Positions 11,301-20,388 of a DNA stretch of 64,000 nt are shown one piece after another. The notes under the pieces were generated by a model. The model saw only the letters and a list, made by a program, of their open reading frames with translations. It did not search any database and was not told the DNA's origin. The DNA comes from an uncultured Salinibacterium sp. (lineage in GTDB: Bacteria > Actinomycetota > Actinomycetes > Actinomycetales > Microbacteriaceae). The stretch's first letter is position 1. The number at the start of each line of letters is the position of its first letter. The stretch spans positions 17,618 through 81,617 of the forward strand of contig NZ_CAXBBH010000004.1 in NCBI RefSeq assembly GCF_963974405.1, written 5' to 3'. The position numbers and the translations under genes were made by a program.

Positions 11301-11888
11301 CATTACCTCGGCGAAGAAGTTCTCTTTGCCGAAGATATCTTGGAACTCGGATGCCGCTTGACGCGCCTCGTCATAAAGACCAAGCCGAAGCTTGGTCTGA
11401 ACCTCGCCACCGACACAACCGGTAGTCGCGATGATGCCTTTGGAGTACTGGCTGAGCAGCTCGCGGTCCATGCGCGGCTTGAAGTAAAAACCCTCAATCG
11501 AAGCTCTCGACGAAAGCCTGAAGAGGTTGTGCATGCCCTCGTTGTTTTGGGAGAGCAGCGTCATATGCGTGTAGGCACCGCTGCCGCCCACGTCATCGCG
11601 GGCTTGATCGCTTCGCCCCCACCGCACACGGGTCTTGTCCCCGCGGTTAGTGCCTGGCGTCACATAAGCTTCTGTGCCAATGATCGGCTTAATGCCCTTG
11701 GCCGTCGCCTGCTTCCAGAAATCGTAAGCGCCAAACATGTTGCCATGGTCGGTGATCGCGATGGCAGGCATACCCTGCTCAACAGCAGCATCCAACAGCG
11801 GTCCGACGCGAGCAGCGCCATCGAGCATCGAATACTCACTGTGAACGTGCAAATGCACAAACGAGTCGTTATTAGCAGCCACAGACAC
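8364..11888 (-). CDS. dnaE: DNA polymerase III subunit alpha
   Basis: 1174 aa. PHP domain start FVHLHVHSEYSMLDGA and pol III alpha core blocks (GPGRGSAAGS, MPDVDVDF, FNKAHSAGY). Confidence 0.97.
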   Translation of the reverse strand: MSVAANNDSFVHLHVHSEYSMLDGAARVGPLLDAAVEQGMPAIAITDHGNMFGAYDFWKQATAKGIKPIIGTEAYVTPGTNRGDKTRVRWGRSDQARDDVGGSGAYTHMTLLSQNNEGMHNLFRLSSRASIEGFYFKPRMDRELLSQYSKGIIATTGCVGGEVQTKLRLGLYDEARQAASEFQDIFGKENFFAEVMDHGIDIERRTMLDLIKLAKELDMPLLATNDLHYTHAHDATAHAALLCVQSASTLDDPNRFKFDSNEFYLKSAAEMRSLFREHPEACNNTLLIAERSEINFEGRDLMPRFPVPEGETEATWFEKEVARGMNKRFNNAPSEAHLAQAKYEVDVIQQMGFPGYFLVVADFIQWAKSQGIRVGPGRGSAAGSMASYAVGITELDPLAHGLIFERFLNPERVSMPDVDVDFDDRRRGEVIRYVTDKYGDDRVAQIVTYGTIKAKQALKDSARVLGMPYSVGEKLTKAMPPAIMGKDISLGDVRNKDAARYKEAADIRGIVDTDHEAAKVFETAVGLEGLKRQWGVHAAGVVLSAEPLLDVLPIMRREDDGAIITQFDQPPLESLGLIKMDFLGLRNLTVIEDALKMIEANTGSPLIIEDLDLDADQKTYDLLARGDTLGVFQLDGGPMRALLKQLKPTNFEDISAVIALYRPGPMGMNSHTKYALRKNGLEGIDAIHAELEEPLREILGTTFGLIVYQEQVMSVAQKVAGFTLGQADVLRRAMGKKKKEELDKQFIGFETGMLDNGYSKEAVKVLWETLMPFADYAFNKAHSAGYGVLSYWTAYLKANYPAEYMAALLTSVGDSKDKLGMYLSECRRMGIKVLAPDVNESTVNFTAVAGDIRFGLGAVRNVGASVVEQIGRARTDKGRFESFHDFLRKVSIQVANKRTVESLIKSGAFDSLGATRRGLLEIHEGACDSAVSLKRNEANGQIDLFGGIFDFDEDDDGVPDRPEWSKRDKLAFEREMLGLYVSDHPLSGLELQLAKHQDFTITEVLSGDAVADGEHVSIAGLVTSVQHRVARNSGNQYGIVTVEDFAGEIDVMFLGKTYQEFAPGLVNDSIVVVRGRASARDDGMNLHAVSMFSPDLGPSLGSGPIVLTVKEQRATTDVVSGLGEVLIRHSGDVEVRLRLVRGDVARVFELPYRVKVSADLYGEVKSLLGPGSLG

Positions 11889-11949
11889 TCCGAATTCTTT
11901 CGAAATCTAGCCTAAGCCAGCACCACAGACGGACTCTAACTGACGCGCC

Positions 11950-12870
11950 CTAGTCGGCGCGAAGCACCTCAAGTGCAGCCTGAAGGTCAGCCGGATATGG
12001 CGACTCGAATGTGACCGGTTCGCCCGTAGCCGGGTGCGCGAAACCCAGCTTATGGGCATGCAACCACTGACGCGTGAGACCCAAGCGAGCTGAGATAGTG
12101 GGATCTGCGCCATACATTGTGTCGCCAACGCACGGATGCCGTTGAGCCGCCATGTGAACACGAATCTGGTGAGTTCGACCCGTTTCGAGATGCACCTCAA
12201 CGAGAGCAGCAGAGGGGAAAGCTTCGAGAGTCTCGTAGTGGGTGATCGAGTCTTTACCGCCGGCAACGACAGCAAATTTCCAACTCGATCCTGGATGGCG
12301 ACCAATCGGTGCATCAATGGTGCCCGCGAGCGGATCCGGATGTCCCTGCACGATGGAGTGATAGATCTTATTAACTTCGCGATCGTGGAACGCCCGCTTT
12401 AACTCGGAGTACGCAAGTTCGGACTTCGCGACAACCATGAGTCCGCTTGTGCCAGCATCCAATCGGTGAACGATTCCCGCTCGCTCAGCAGCGCCGGAAG
12501 TAGAGATTCGGTAGCCAGCGCCTGCAAGAGCTCCGAGAACTGTTGCGCCATCCCAGCCGATGGAAGGATGGGCTGCAACACCCGCGGGCTTATCGATCAC
12601 GACAATGTGCTCGTCGTCGTAGATTATTCCCAAAGTGTCAAGAACAACAGGAACAATCTGTGGCTCCGTCTTTGACACCCACGAGACCTCGATCCACGAT
12701 CCCGCAGCGAGACGATCGGACTTTCCTACAACAGCGCCGTCAACAGATACTCCGCCGCTCTCCGCCACCTCAGCTGCAAAAGTGCGCGAGAAGCCCAACA
12801 GCTTGGCAAGGGCGGCGTCGACTCTTTGTCCCGCGAGCCCCTCCGGTACCGGCAAGCTTCGAGTTTCCAC
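11950..12870 (-). CDS. RluA-family (RluD-like) pseudouridine synthase
   Basis: N-terminal S4-like region followed by the catalytic [12 protein letters not shown] motif. The ORF track extends to 12945. I prefer the GTG at 12870, which is preceded by AAGGAG 6 nt upstream. Confidence 0.85.
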   Translation of the reverse strand: METRSLPVPEGLAGQRVDAALAKLLGFSRTFAAEVAESGGVSVDGAVVGKSDRLAAGSWIEVSWVSKTEPQIVPVVLDTLGIIYDDEHIVVIDKPAGVAAHPSIGWDGATVLGALAGAGYRISTSGAAERAGIVHRLDAGTSGLMVVAKSELAYSELKRAFHDREVNKIYHSIVQGHPDPLAGTIDAPIGRHPGSSWKFAVVAGGKDSITHYETLEAFPSAALVEVHLETGRTHQIRVHMAAQRHPCVGDTMYGADPTISARLGLTRQWLHAHKLGFAHPATGEPVTFESPYPADLQAALEVLRAD

Positions 12871-13011
12871 TGGTGCTCCTTGATACGAACGTCGAGTGAT
12901 GCGGGATGAGATAGTCGACTGGCAGCGCCTCGAGAGCGCGAACACAGCAAAAGCCGCCAGCGGCGATGGAGCGAAAGCTCACATCGACCGGCTGACGGCC
13001 ACTGCAAAAAA

Positions 13012-13848
13012 CTAGTTTCCGGAGAACCCAGTGAAGTTAGCCGGTGGCTGCTGTGCCGACTGAGGCGCAGCGAAGTCTTCTGGCGTGAGATGACCAGCAG
13101 GCTGAGACACAGGAGCCTGTCCCTGCTGAGCAGAGTTGTCATTCGACGGAGCTCCTGCAGAAACGAGACTTGACGAGTCAAGCTCGTGCAGCTGGTCTTC
13201 GAGGTAGCTCTTGAGCTTCTCGCGGTATTCACGCTCGAAGCTGCGCAGCGACTCAACTCGACTTTCGAGGGCTTCGCGCTCCTGCTCAAGGGCGCCAAGT
13301 TGCTCGCGCTGCTTCGCTTCGGTCTGAGCTGCAATGTCGGCGGCAGTTGACTTGCTCTCAGCGAGAATATCGGCAGCTGATGCCTGACTTTCGGCGAGAA
13401 TCTGGGCGGCGGATGCTTGACCCTCCGCGATAAGTGCGTCGCGCTTCTGGACACCCTCGCGAACGTGCTCTTCGTGAAGTCGACGCGCAAGCTGAAGCAG
13501 ATTGTTGGTGCTGCTCGCGTCGTCAAGTGCGGACGATGTTGGCTCAGGAGCGGCAGCAGCGGGAGCGGGAGAGCTCTCGATTGCCGCAGGACCCGTCGAA
13601 GCAATCGCTGTGGGAGCAGGAGCCGAAGCGACTGCACTGCCTGCGGACTGCTGAAGTTCAGCCGTACGGGCCTCAGCGGCGCTCACACGCTGACGAAGCT
13701 CGTCATTTTCTTGATTAAGCCGGCGCAACTCAACGACGACCTCGTCGAGAAAATCATCGACGTCATCCTGGTCGTATCCCTCACGGAATTTTGTCGATTC
13801 AAACCGCTTGTTGACCACGTCTTCTGGAGTCAAAGCCATTGCCGCCAC
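13012..13848 (-). CDS. divIVA: DivIVA-domain cell-pole/septum scaffold protein
   Basis: 278 aa. Canonical N-terminus MALTPEDVVNKRFESTKFREGYDQDDVDDFLDEV followed by coiled-coil segments. The start is either 13848 or the ATG three codons downstream. Confidence 0.93.
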   Translation of the reverse strand: MAAMALTPEDVVNKRFESTKFREGYDQDDVDDFLDEVVVELRRLNQENDELRQRVSAAEARTAELQQSAGSAVASAPAPTAIASTGPAAIESSPAPAAAAPEPTSSALDDASSTNNLLQLARRLHEEHVREGVQKRDALIAEGQASAAQILAESQASAADILAESKSTAADIAAQTEAKQREQLGALEQEREALESRVESLRSFEREYREKLKSYLEDQLHELDSSSLVSAGAPSNDNSAQQGQAPVSQPAGHLTPEDFAAPQSAQQPPANFTGFSGN

Positions 13849-13965
13849 CTCTAAAACTTTCTTTCAACGTATACATAACGTTCAACGTTCGCGTCACATC
13901 GTACTGACGAAACCTGACTAGTTGCCGCATGCTATTCGACAAGAGTACATCCGCCGACGCTAGTT

Positions 13966-14259
13966 CTAAAAGCCTCGCAATATCGAGGTGAGAATTATGC
14001 ACGCGAGCATCACAAGCATCCACGACAAGTCAAGTGCGCCATTGCCAATTCGAACCACCGGTACGACCCTACGGACGGCCTTGATCGGAGGATCAGTGAT
14101 CGTGAAAACGAACTCCGATAGTACGAGTCCGACGCCGCTAGGGCGCCATCCACGCGCAAAAACCACGACAAGATCGAGAATGAATCGAGCCCACATCGCG
14201 AACATGAAAATATTGATGACATAAATAGCCACCGTGGCAACAATAGAAACCGGATTCAC
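13966..14259 (-). CDS. YggT-family membrane protein
   Basis: 97 aa with two TM helices, in the conserved sepF-yggT-divIVA position. Confidence 0.85.
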   Translation of the reverse strand: MNPVSIVATVAIYVINIFMFAMWARFILDLVVVFARGWRPSGVGLVLSEFVFTITDPPIKAVRRVVPVVRIGNGALDLSWMLVMLACIILTSILRGF

Positions 14260-14301
14260 CCCTCTAGGTTACCGGTCGAAATGGGTACCGCCGCCCAGAG
14301 G

Positions 14302-14763
14302 CTACTGAGCGAAGAACGAAGCGTCGACGTCGGACTCAACTTCAGCCTGCTCACCGCTCACTGCAACATGGGCTGGCGAGAGAAGGAAGACCTTGCTCGT
14401 CACTCGCTCGATCTTGCCGTAGAGCCCCTGAGAGAGTCCGCTGGCGAAGTCAACGAGGCGACGTGCATCCGGCTCGCTCATTTGGGACAGGTTAATGATG
14501 ACCGGAATGCCTTCACGGAAGTTCTCAGCGATGAGCTGAGCATCCTTGTACTGGCGCGGGTGCACCGTCAAAATCTCGTTCATCTCTGCCTCCGCAGTGC
14601 TGGGTGCAGCGCGACGCAACGGGGTAACCGGCGCGCGGTTAGCGCTCGTGTGAGCCGGCGCTGCTGCAACAGGGGCAACCGGCGCGGCTGGTCCCTGCTC
14701 GTACTCGTAGTCCTCGTCGGCGAGGCCGAGGTAGACCATTGTCTTGCGCAGTGGGTTAGCCAT
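14302..14763 (-). CDS. sepF: cell division protein SepF
   Basis: 153 aa. N-terminal membrane-targeting helix [14 protein letters not shown] and a C-terminal SepF core (PVIINL...[10 protein letters not shown]). Confidence 0.92.
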   Translation of the reverse strand: MANPLRKTMVYLGLADEDYEYEQGPAAPVAPVAAAPAHTSANRAPVTPLRRAAPSTAEAEMNEILTVHPRQYKDAQLIAENFREGIPVIINLSQMSEPDARRLVDFASGLSQGLYGKIERVTSKVFLLSPAHVAVSGEQAEVESDVDASFFAQ

Positions 14764-14799
14764 GATAATCCTCCGAATGGTGAAGCTTCTGCTTCGAGA

Positions 14800-15486
14800 T
14801 TAACCATGGTCGGGTCGAATTCCCGTGATTGCCGTACCAATCCGAAGGTGTGTCGCGCCTTCAGCGATAGCTTCGACAAAGTCGCCCGACATTCCCATCG
14901 ACAGAGCAGCGGCATCAGGATGCTGCTGCTGCACGCGCTCGGAAAGAGCTCGCAGCGTGGCGAATGCAGGTCGCGGGTCTTCGTCCAAGGGAGCGACTCC
15001 CATGATGCCCCGTAGCCGAAGCCCCGGAGCCCCGGCAACTCGATCCGCGAACGCCTCAAGGTCAGCGGCGATTACTCCGCCGCGACCGTGATCGTCAGTG
15101 AGGTTGACCTGCACGAAGGCATCAATTGCATTCACTTCGTCCTCGCTCGAGAGCGCTGTGATGAGCGAATCGCGATCAACAGAATGTACTGATTGACAAT
15201 ACGAACGCGCCTGGCGGGCCTTCTTACTTTGAAGCTGACCGACGAAATTCCAACGCAGATCGAGATCCGCGAGCTCTGCAGCCTTCGCCTGCGCTTCCTG
15301 ATGACGATTCTCGCCGACGTCGCGAACGCCTAGTGCGTAAAGTTCACGCACGAGACTTGCCGGGTGGAACTTTGTGATGACGATACGCGTGATAGACGAC
15401 AGATCACGGGATGCCGCACGTGCTGCATCCGCGATTCTGTCGTCGACCGCTGCGAGTCGTTCGCCTAACGGAGTCAGGTCGACCAT
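14800..15486 (-). CDS. YggS-family pyridoxal-phosphate homeostasis protein
   Basis: 228 aa alanine-racemase-N fold (ITKF..., GENRHQEA, SMGMSGDF). Starts 5 nt after the ftsZ stop. Confidence 0.9.
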   Translation of the reverse strand: MVDLTPLGERLAAVDDRIADAARAASRDLSSITRIVITKFHPASLVRELYALGVRDVGENRHQEAQAKAAELADLDLRWNFVGQLQSKKARQARSYCQSVHSVDRDSLITALSSEDEVNAIDAFVQVNLTDDHGRGGVIAADLEAFADRVAGAPGLRLRGIMGVAPLDEDPRPAFATLRALSERVQQQHPDAAALSMGMSGDFVEAIAEGATHLRIGTAITGIRPDHG

Positions 15487-15491
15487 CGTGG

Positions 15492-16649
15492 CTACTTCAG
15501 AAAATCAGGAACGTCGAGATCGTTGTCGTTCTCGTCGTCATCGTCAAAGCTGCGATCGATCGGCGTAGCCGGCACCGCGCTCGGCTGCGACTTCCAGTCG
15601 GCGGCTTTCGTCGATGCGGAGTCATCCGCCGCGATGTGCTCGGCCGGAGGCTCAGGAACAACGTAGTTCGTACGACGCCCTTCAACAGGCTTAGCCGAGG
15701 GCTCTCCCCCATCGAAACCTGCAGCGATAACGGTCACACGCACTTCATCACCAAGAGTGTCGTCGATAACGGCACCAAAAATGATGTTGGCTTCGCGATG
15801 AACGGCTTCTTGAACGAGACGTGCGGCATCGTTGATTTCGAAGATGCCCAGATTGGATCCACCCTGAATCGAGAGCAACACACCGTGCGCTCCGTCGATG
15901 CTGGCTTCGAGCAACGGGGAGGCAACAGCCAACTCAGCCGCTTTTATGGCCCGGTCGGCCCCGCGTGATGAGCCAATACCCATCAGTGCAGAACCGGCAC
16001 CCTGCATGACCGACTTGACGTCGGCGAAGTCGAGGTTGATCAGACCGGGGGTTGTGATGAGGTCTGTAATGCCCTGAACTCCGGCGAGCAGAACCTGGTC
16101 AGCGGTCGAGAAAGCCTCAAGCATGCTGATGCCTCGGTCGCTTATCTCGAGGAGGCGATCATTAGGAACGACGATGAGGGTGTCGACCTCGTTCTTGAGG
16201 GTCTCAACACCAATTTCCGCCTGCGAAGAACGGCGCTTGCCCTCGAACCCGAAAGGCTTCGTGACAACACCGATCGTAAGCGCGCCAATCGACTTGGCGA
16301 TGCGCGCGACCACGGGGGCGCCACCGGTACCGGTTCCGCCGCCCTCTCCGGCGGTAACGAAGACCATATCGGCGCCGGCAAGAGCTTCCTCGATTTCTTC
16401 GGCGTGATCCTCAGCGGCACGTCGGCCAACCTCAGGATCAGCACCCGCTCCAAGTCCTCTTGTGAGTTCGCGACCGACGTCTAGCTTGACGTCGGCGTCG
16501 CTCATGAGCAGCGCCTGGGCGTCGGTGTTGATCGCAATAAACTCGACGCCTCGCAGGCCGAGCTCGATCATTCGGTTGACGGCGTTCACGCCACCGCCAC
16601 CGATGCCGACTACCTTGATGACTGCGAGGTAGTTCTGGTTTGATGTCAC
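15492..16649 (-). CDS. ftsZ: cell division GTPase FtsZ
   Basis: Tubulin signature [10 protein letters not shown] and N-terminus [27 protein letters not shown]. The ORF track extends 79 codons further, to 16886. I place the start at the GTG at 16649, with GGAGG 8 nt upstream, giving 385 aa. Confidence 0.93.
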   Translation of the reverse strand: MTSNQNYLAVIKVVGIGGGGVNAVNRMIELGLRGVEFIAINTDAQALLMSDADVKLDVGRELTRGLGAGADPEVGRRAAEDHAEEIEEALAGADMVFVTAGEGGGTGTGGAPVVARIAKSIGALTIGVVTKPFGFEGKRRSSQAEIGVETLKNEVDTLIVVPNDRLLEISDRGISMLEAFSTADQVLLAGVQGITDLITTPGLINLDFADVKSVMQGAGSALMGIGSSRGADRAIKAAELAVASPLLEASIDGAHGVLLSIQGGSNLGIFEINDAARLVQEAVHREANIIFGAVIDDTLGDEVRVTVIAAGFDGGEPSAKPVEGRRTNYVVPEPPAEHIAADDSASTKAADWKSQPSAVPATPIDRSFDDDDENDNDLDVPDFLK

Positions 16650-16827
16650 TTTCGGCCTCCACTGGAAACTATCAACCTCGACTTGAGGTTTAAAGTTATG
16701 CTCAGTATGTATTTCTTTTGTTGAGAGTATGCGGACACCGCCCTGTGCTGACGCACCGTAAGCCGCGTGTCGGAAAGTGTTCAGCCAAATCGAGGTCTTT
16801 ACGCTCACTGCTGGGGTCAGGCGCCGC

Positions 16828-17886
16828 TTAGTTCGGACGGAAGATCCCGTTACTCGGCGCTGACACGTCGAACTCGCCGGCCTCACTGGGATCTCGTTGA
16901 GCTATGAGCGCTTCGAGCAGAGCCGCTTTCCGAGCGGAATCACTCGCACTGCCCCACACCACGCCTTGGCCAACTCCCGAAAGCACAAACGACACGTCGT
17001 CTTTTGTCGTAGCCGACACGCTCTCGACCCGGGCCCGCAGGTCGGCCGGCAGTGAGAGCAATACCTCCGTAACCGCCGCGAAAGCGGGACTCGAAGCATC
17101 CGCTTCTCCGATGCTAATCAGCGGTACGCCTGCAATCCGCTCGGCAGACTCTTGGATAGTGATGCCAGCCGGGTCGACAAGCCTAAATACTCCATCGATC
17201 TTGACGGAGCCGATCGGCTCCCGTTCAACGATGTGAACAAGAAGAGTGTCCGGCGGCACAATCTCTGTGACGTAGCTGCGGATCAAAGGGAAAACAGACA
17301 ACTCTTTGTTGATGCTCTCGAAGTTGAGCAGCGCGAGCGGAGTGCCCTGCTGCGTCTCGACAGCCGCCTGAATCTCCGCGGGATCGATACGACTCGTGCC
17401 GTCAACTACGACGGTACGAAGCGCCAAGATAGGAGAAAAAACCGCCACGGCAATGAGGCCCACGAGGACTGCAACAAGACCCGAGACTGAAAGAACTGCA
17501 TACTTGCGTGCGCGTGCTCGACGTGTGAAGCGTCTCAACTCCGCCTTTTCCGCACGTCTACGGTCACGAGCCGCACGTCGCAATTGTCGTTTTGCTACGA
17601 CGTCGGGGGTCGGCTCGTTTCGACTGATACGAAAATTCCTACGTACCGGCAAAGATCGTTGCGCGCTCTCGGGAGCAGGAGCACCGTTACGCTCGCGTGA
17701 GTCAGGCTTCGCGCGCCGACCGGCTACAGATGACGAACCGGGTTTCGCGGCACGAGAAAACTGTGGCGCGTTCGATGCGGTAGCACTCGTGTTGCGCCTA
17801 CGGCGCGGCTTTGACGGCGCTGGTTCCGGCTGCTGCGCCGCTTTATCGAATCCTTCAGGCCTCTTCACTCGGCACCTGATCTGCAC
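16828..17886 (-). CDS. ftsQ: cell division protein FtsQ (POTRA domain)
   Basis: Arg-rich cytoplasmic N-terminus, one TM helix ([22 protein letters not shown]) and then a POTRA/FtsQ domain, in the murC-ftsQ-ftsZ position. The exact start is uncertain; the GTG at 17868 is also possible. Confidence 0.8.
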   Translation of the reverse strand: MQIRCRVKRPEGFDKAAQQPEPAPSKPRRRRNTSATASNAPQFSRAAKPGSSSVAGRRAKPDSRERNGAPAPESAQRSLPVRRNFRISRNEPTPDVVAKRQLRRAARDRRRAEKAELRRFTRRARARKYAVLSVSGLVAVLVGLIAVAVFSPILALRTVVVDGTSRIDPAEIQAAVETQQGTPLALLNFESINKELSVFPLIRSYVTEIVPPDTLLVHIVEREPIGSVKIDGVFRLVDPAGITIQESAERIAGVPLISIGEADASSPAFAAVTEVLLSLPADLRARVESVSATTKDDVSFVLSGVGQGVVWGSASDSARKAALLEALIAQRDPSEAGEFDVSAPSNGIFRPN

Positions 17887-19297
17887 CTAATGCGCGAGCT
17901 GCGTCAGCACGACGATCGATTGCGGCGACGAGTTGCGGGATGATCCGGTAGACATCTCCACAGCTCAAGGTCATCACGATATCGCCCTCGCGAGCGATGT
18001 CAGCCACACGCTCAGCAGCACGTTCCCAATCGGGCTGAAAGTCTACGCGTGAAGAATCGACAAAGCGCGACGACACAAGTTCCCCCGTGACGCCGGGGAT
18101 TGGGTCTTCTCGGGCGCCAAAGACATCGAGCACAACAGTATGGTCAGCGAGACGTTCGTATACCTCGGCAAACTCCGAGGCCATGTCACGAGTGCGACTA
18201 AACAAGTGCGGCTGGTGCACTGCAATCAACCGACCACTACCGACAACACTGCGGGCTCCGCTTAAAGCCGCTTCGACCTCAGTCGGGTGGTGAGCGTAGT
18301 CGTCATAAACGCTGACCCCGTCGACCACTGCGTGGAGTTCGAAGCGACGCTGGGTGCCCGCAAATGTAGAAACAGCGTCGATCGCCGCTGAAAGTTCATG
18401 GCCAAGCCCCACAAGCACTGCGATAGCGCCAGTCGCGTTGATGGCATTGTGACGTCCTGGAACGGAGAGCTGAACGCGCTCTTCACGTCCATCGACGACG
18501 ATCGTGAAGGCAACGGGTCCGAGCGATGTGATGGAGTGGATCCGCACCGTGGCATCCGCTGCCTCTCCAAAGGTCACCACATTGTGGTGCGCGAGGCGCT
18601 TGGTAACCCGCACCGCTCCAGCATCATCGCTCGAGACGACAACCGCTTCCGTGGCTTTCGATGCGAACTCGACAAATGCGTCATCGAATGCTTCGTGTGA
18701 GCCGTAGTGATCAAGGTGATCGGCATCGACGTTTGTGATGAGCGCAATAGCGGTTGAGTACAGCAGGAACGATCCGTCCGACTCATCGGCTTCCACGACG
18801 AAAAGGTCATCTGTGCCCGACCCTGAACTGGTATCCAAGCCTTGGATGATGCCACCGTTAACAAAACTGGGAGACGCACCCAGTTCGCGCAAAGCCGTAA
18901 TAATCATTCCGGTAGATGTCGTCTTGCCGTGTGCACCAGCGACTGCAATCAGGCGATCGCTACCGACGAGCCAAGCGAGTGCTTGCGAACGATGAAGCAC
19001 AGGAATTCCACGCTCGACCGCCGCAGCGTACTCAGGGTTATCGGGCCAGAGTGCACCCGTGTAGACGAGTGCCTCAGCCTCGCCGAGATTCGCCGCATCA
19101 TGACCGATCGCGATAGTCGCGCCTGCGGAGCGCAGAGACTCAACGTTGGCGTTCGCGGCGCGGTCCGATCCCGTAACGGTGATTCCAGCATCCAGAAACA
19201 TACGAGCAATGCCGCTCATTCCTGAGCCACCAACTCCGACAAAATGCGCCGAGCGCAAGGGTCCTGGCAGCGGCATAGACAAGTCGGGGAAGATCAT
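17855..19297 (-). CDS. murC: UDP-N-acetylmuramate--L-alanine ligase
   Basis: [10 protein letters not shown] and [11 protein letters not shown] Mur-ligase motifs. The start is set at the ATG at 19297, which forms an ATGA overlap with the murG stop. The longer track ORF (to 19450) is an extension inside murG. Confidence 0.93.
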   Translation of the reverse strand: MIFPDLSMPLPGPLRSAHFVGVGGSGMSGIARMFLDAGITVTGSDRAANANVESLRSAGATIAIGHDAANLGEAEALVYTGALWPDNPEYAAAVERGIPVLHRSQALAWLVGSDRLIAVAGAHGKTTSTGMIITALRELGASPSFVNGGIIQGLDTSSGSGTDDLFVVEADESDGSFLLYSTAIALITNVDADHLDHYGSHEAFDDAFVEFASKATEAVVVSSDDAGAVRVTKRLAHHNVVTFGEAADATVRIHSITSLGPVAFTIVVDGREERVQLSVPGRHNAINATGAIAVLVGLGHELSAAIDAVSTFAGTQRRFELHAVVDGVSVYDDYAHHPTEVEAALSGARSVVGSGRLIAVHQPHLFSRTRDMASEFAEVYERLADHTVVLDVFGAREDPIPGVTGELVSSRFVDSSRVDFQPDWERAAERVADIAREGDIVMTLSCGDVYRIIPQLVAAIDRRADAARALGADQVPSEEA

Positions 19298-20388
19298 GAT
19301 GTCAATGGTAGATCGCGACCGAGGGCCGCATCGACGAGCTCGAGCATCCGGTCCGTTCCATCGAGCGAACCCACCGTGGAAGCCTGAGCCGCCATATCGG
19401 CGATGAGCGCTCGTTTGCGCAGCATCGGGACAAGCTCGGAGTTCACCCACTGCGGAACAAACTGAGCATCAGCAACAAGAACCGCGGCCCCCGCGTCGAC
19501 AGCGGTACGCGCGTTGTACTTCTGCTCGCCATTACCCACCGGGTAGGGAACATAGATAGCGGGGATTCCGAGTCCAGTGAGTTCAGCGACGGTCGATGTA
19601 CCGGCACGAGCAATAGCGAGATCCGCAGCCGCCAGGGCAAGCTCCATACGGTCGCAATACTTCACCACGACGTAGCCGGACAGTTGCGGATCGTCGACGG
19701 CATCGCGATACTCGCCCGTGATGTGAAGCACCTGCCAACCAGCGCCAAGAATGCGCGTGATCGATGCTGAAATGGTGTCATTGATGCGCTTCGCACCCGA
19801 GGATCCGCCCGTCACAAGCAGCGTCGGCTTCGCCGGGTCAAGTCCGAAGAACGGGTCTGCTTCTGCACGGGCCGCAAAACGATCGAGGGTTTCGATCTCA
19901 GCGCGCAACGGCATACCGACGACAATACCACCACGGATCGGCGTTCGATCGAACGCTGTCCCGACGAAAGAAGTGAAGAACGATCCGAGCCTGTTGGCAA
20001 TTCCCGGACGGCTATTTGCTTCATGGATGACGAGCGGAATTCCTGCCTTCCGAGCTCCTAAATAGGCAGGCGCTGCAACGTAGCCGCCGAACCCAACGAC
20101 CACATCGACACCGCGCTCCGTGATGATCGAAACGACTTCATCGATCGTCGAACGGAGACGCTTGGGGAAATCCAGCGCCGCACGGTTAGGACGACGCGGA
20201 AACGGCAACTTCGCAATCGTGAGCAGTTCAAAGCCACGTTCGGGGACAAGGCGAGCCTCAAGCCCCTCTTCGGTTCCCAAGACCAAGACCTCAGCCTGAG
20301 GTTCGCGCAGACGGATTCTTTCGGCAACGGCAAGAAGTGGATTGACGTGGCCAGCAGTGCCACCGCCAGCCAATAGATAGGTGGTCAT
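19294..20388 (-). CDS. murG: undecaprenyldiphospho-muramoylpentapeptide beta-N-acetylglucosaminyltransferase
   Basis: 364 aa with N-terminus [25 protein letters not shown] overlap with the ftsW stop. Confidence 0.95.
   Translation of the reverse strand: MTTYLLAGGGTAGHVNPLLAVAERIRLREPQAEVLVLGTEEGLEARLVPERGFELLTIAKLPFPRRPNRAALDFPKRLRSTIDEVVSIITERGVDVVVGFGGYVAAPAYLGARKAGIPLVIHEANSRPGIANRLGSFFTSFVGTAFDRTPIRGGIVVGMPLRAEIETLDRFAARAEADPFFGLDPAKPTLLVTGGSSGAKRINDTISASITRILGAGWQVLHITGEYRDAVDDPQLSGYVVVKYCDRMELALAAADLAIARAGTSTVAELTGLGIPAIYVPYPVGNGEQKYNARTAVDAGAAVLVADAQFVPQWVNSELVPMLRKRALIADMAAQASTVGSLDGTDRMLELVDAALGRDLPLTS

Noticed and set aside
12726-13637. A 303-aa same-strand alternative-frame ORF overlapping divIVA.
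   Set aside because: Its translation is an S/R/L/P-rich low-complexity sequence. The other frame carries the canonical DivIVA N-terminus and coiled coils, so this is an alternative-frame artefact.
16650-16886. N-terminal extensions of track ORFs: ftsZ to 16886, murC to 19450, D-aminoacylase to 61450, radical SAM to 53677, SRPBCC to 50765, acyltransferase to 37928, pyc to 45262, ParA from 45213, def to 40431 and M20 to 4267.
   Set aside because: The extensions overlap upstream genes or regulatory palindromes and have no family-like sequence. Internal starts with SD-like sequences or ATGA coupling coincide with the conserved protein N-termini.
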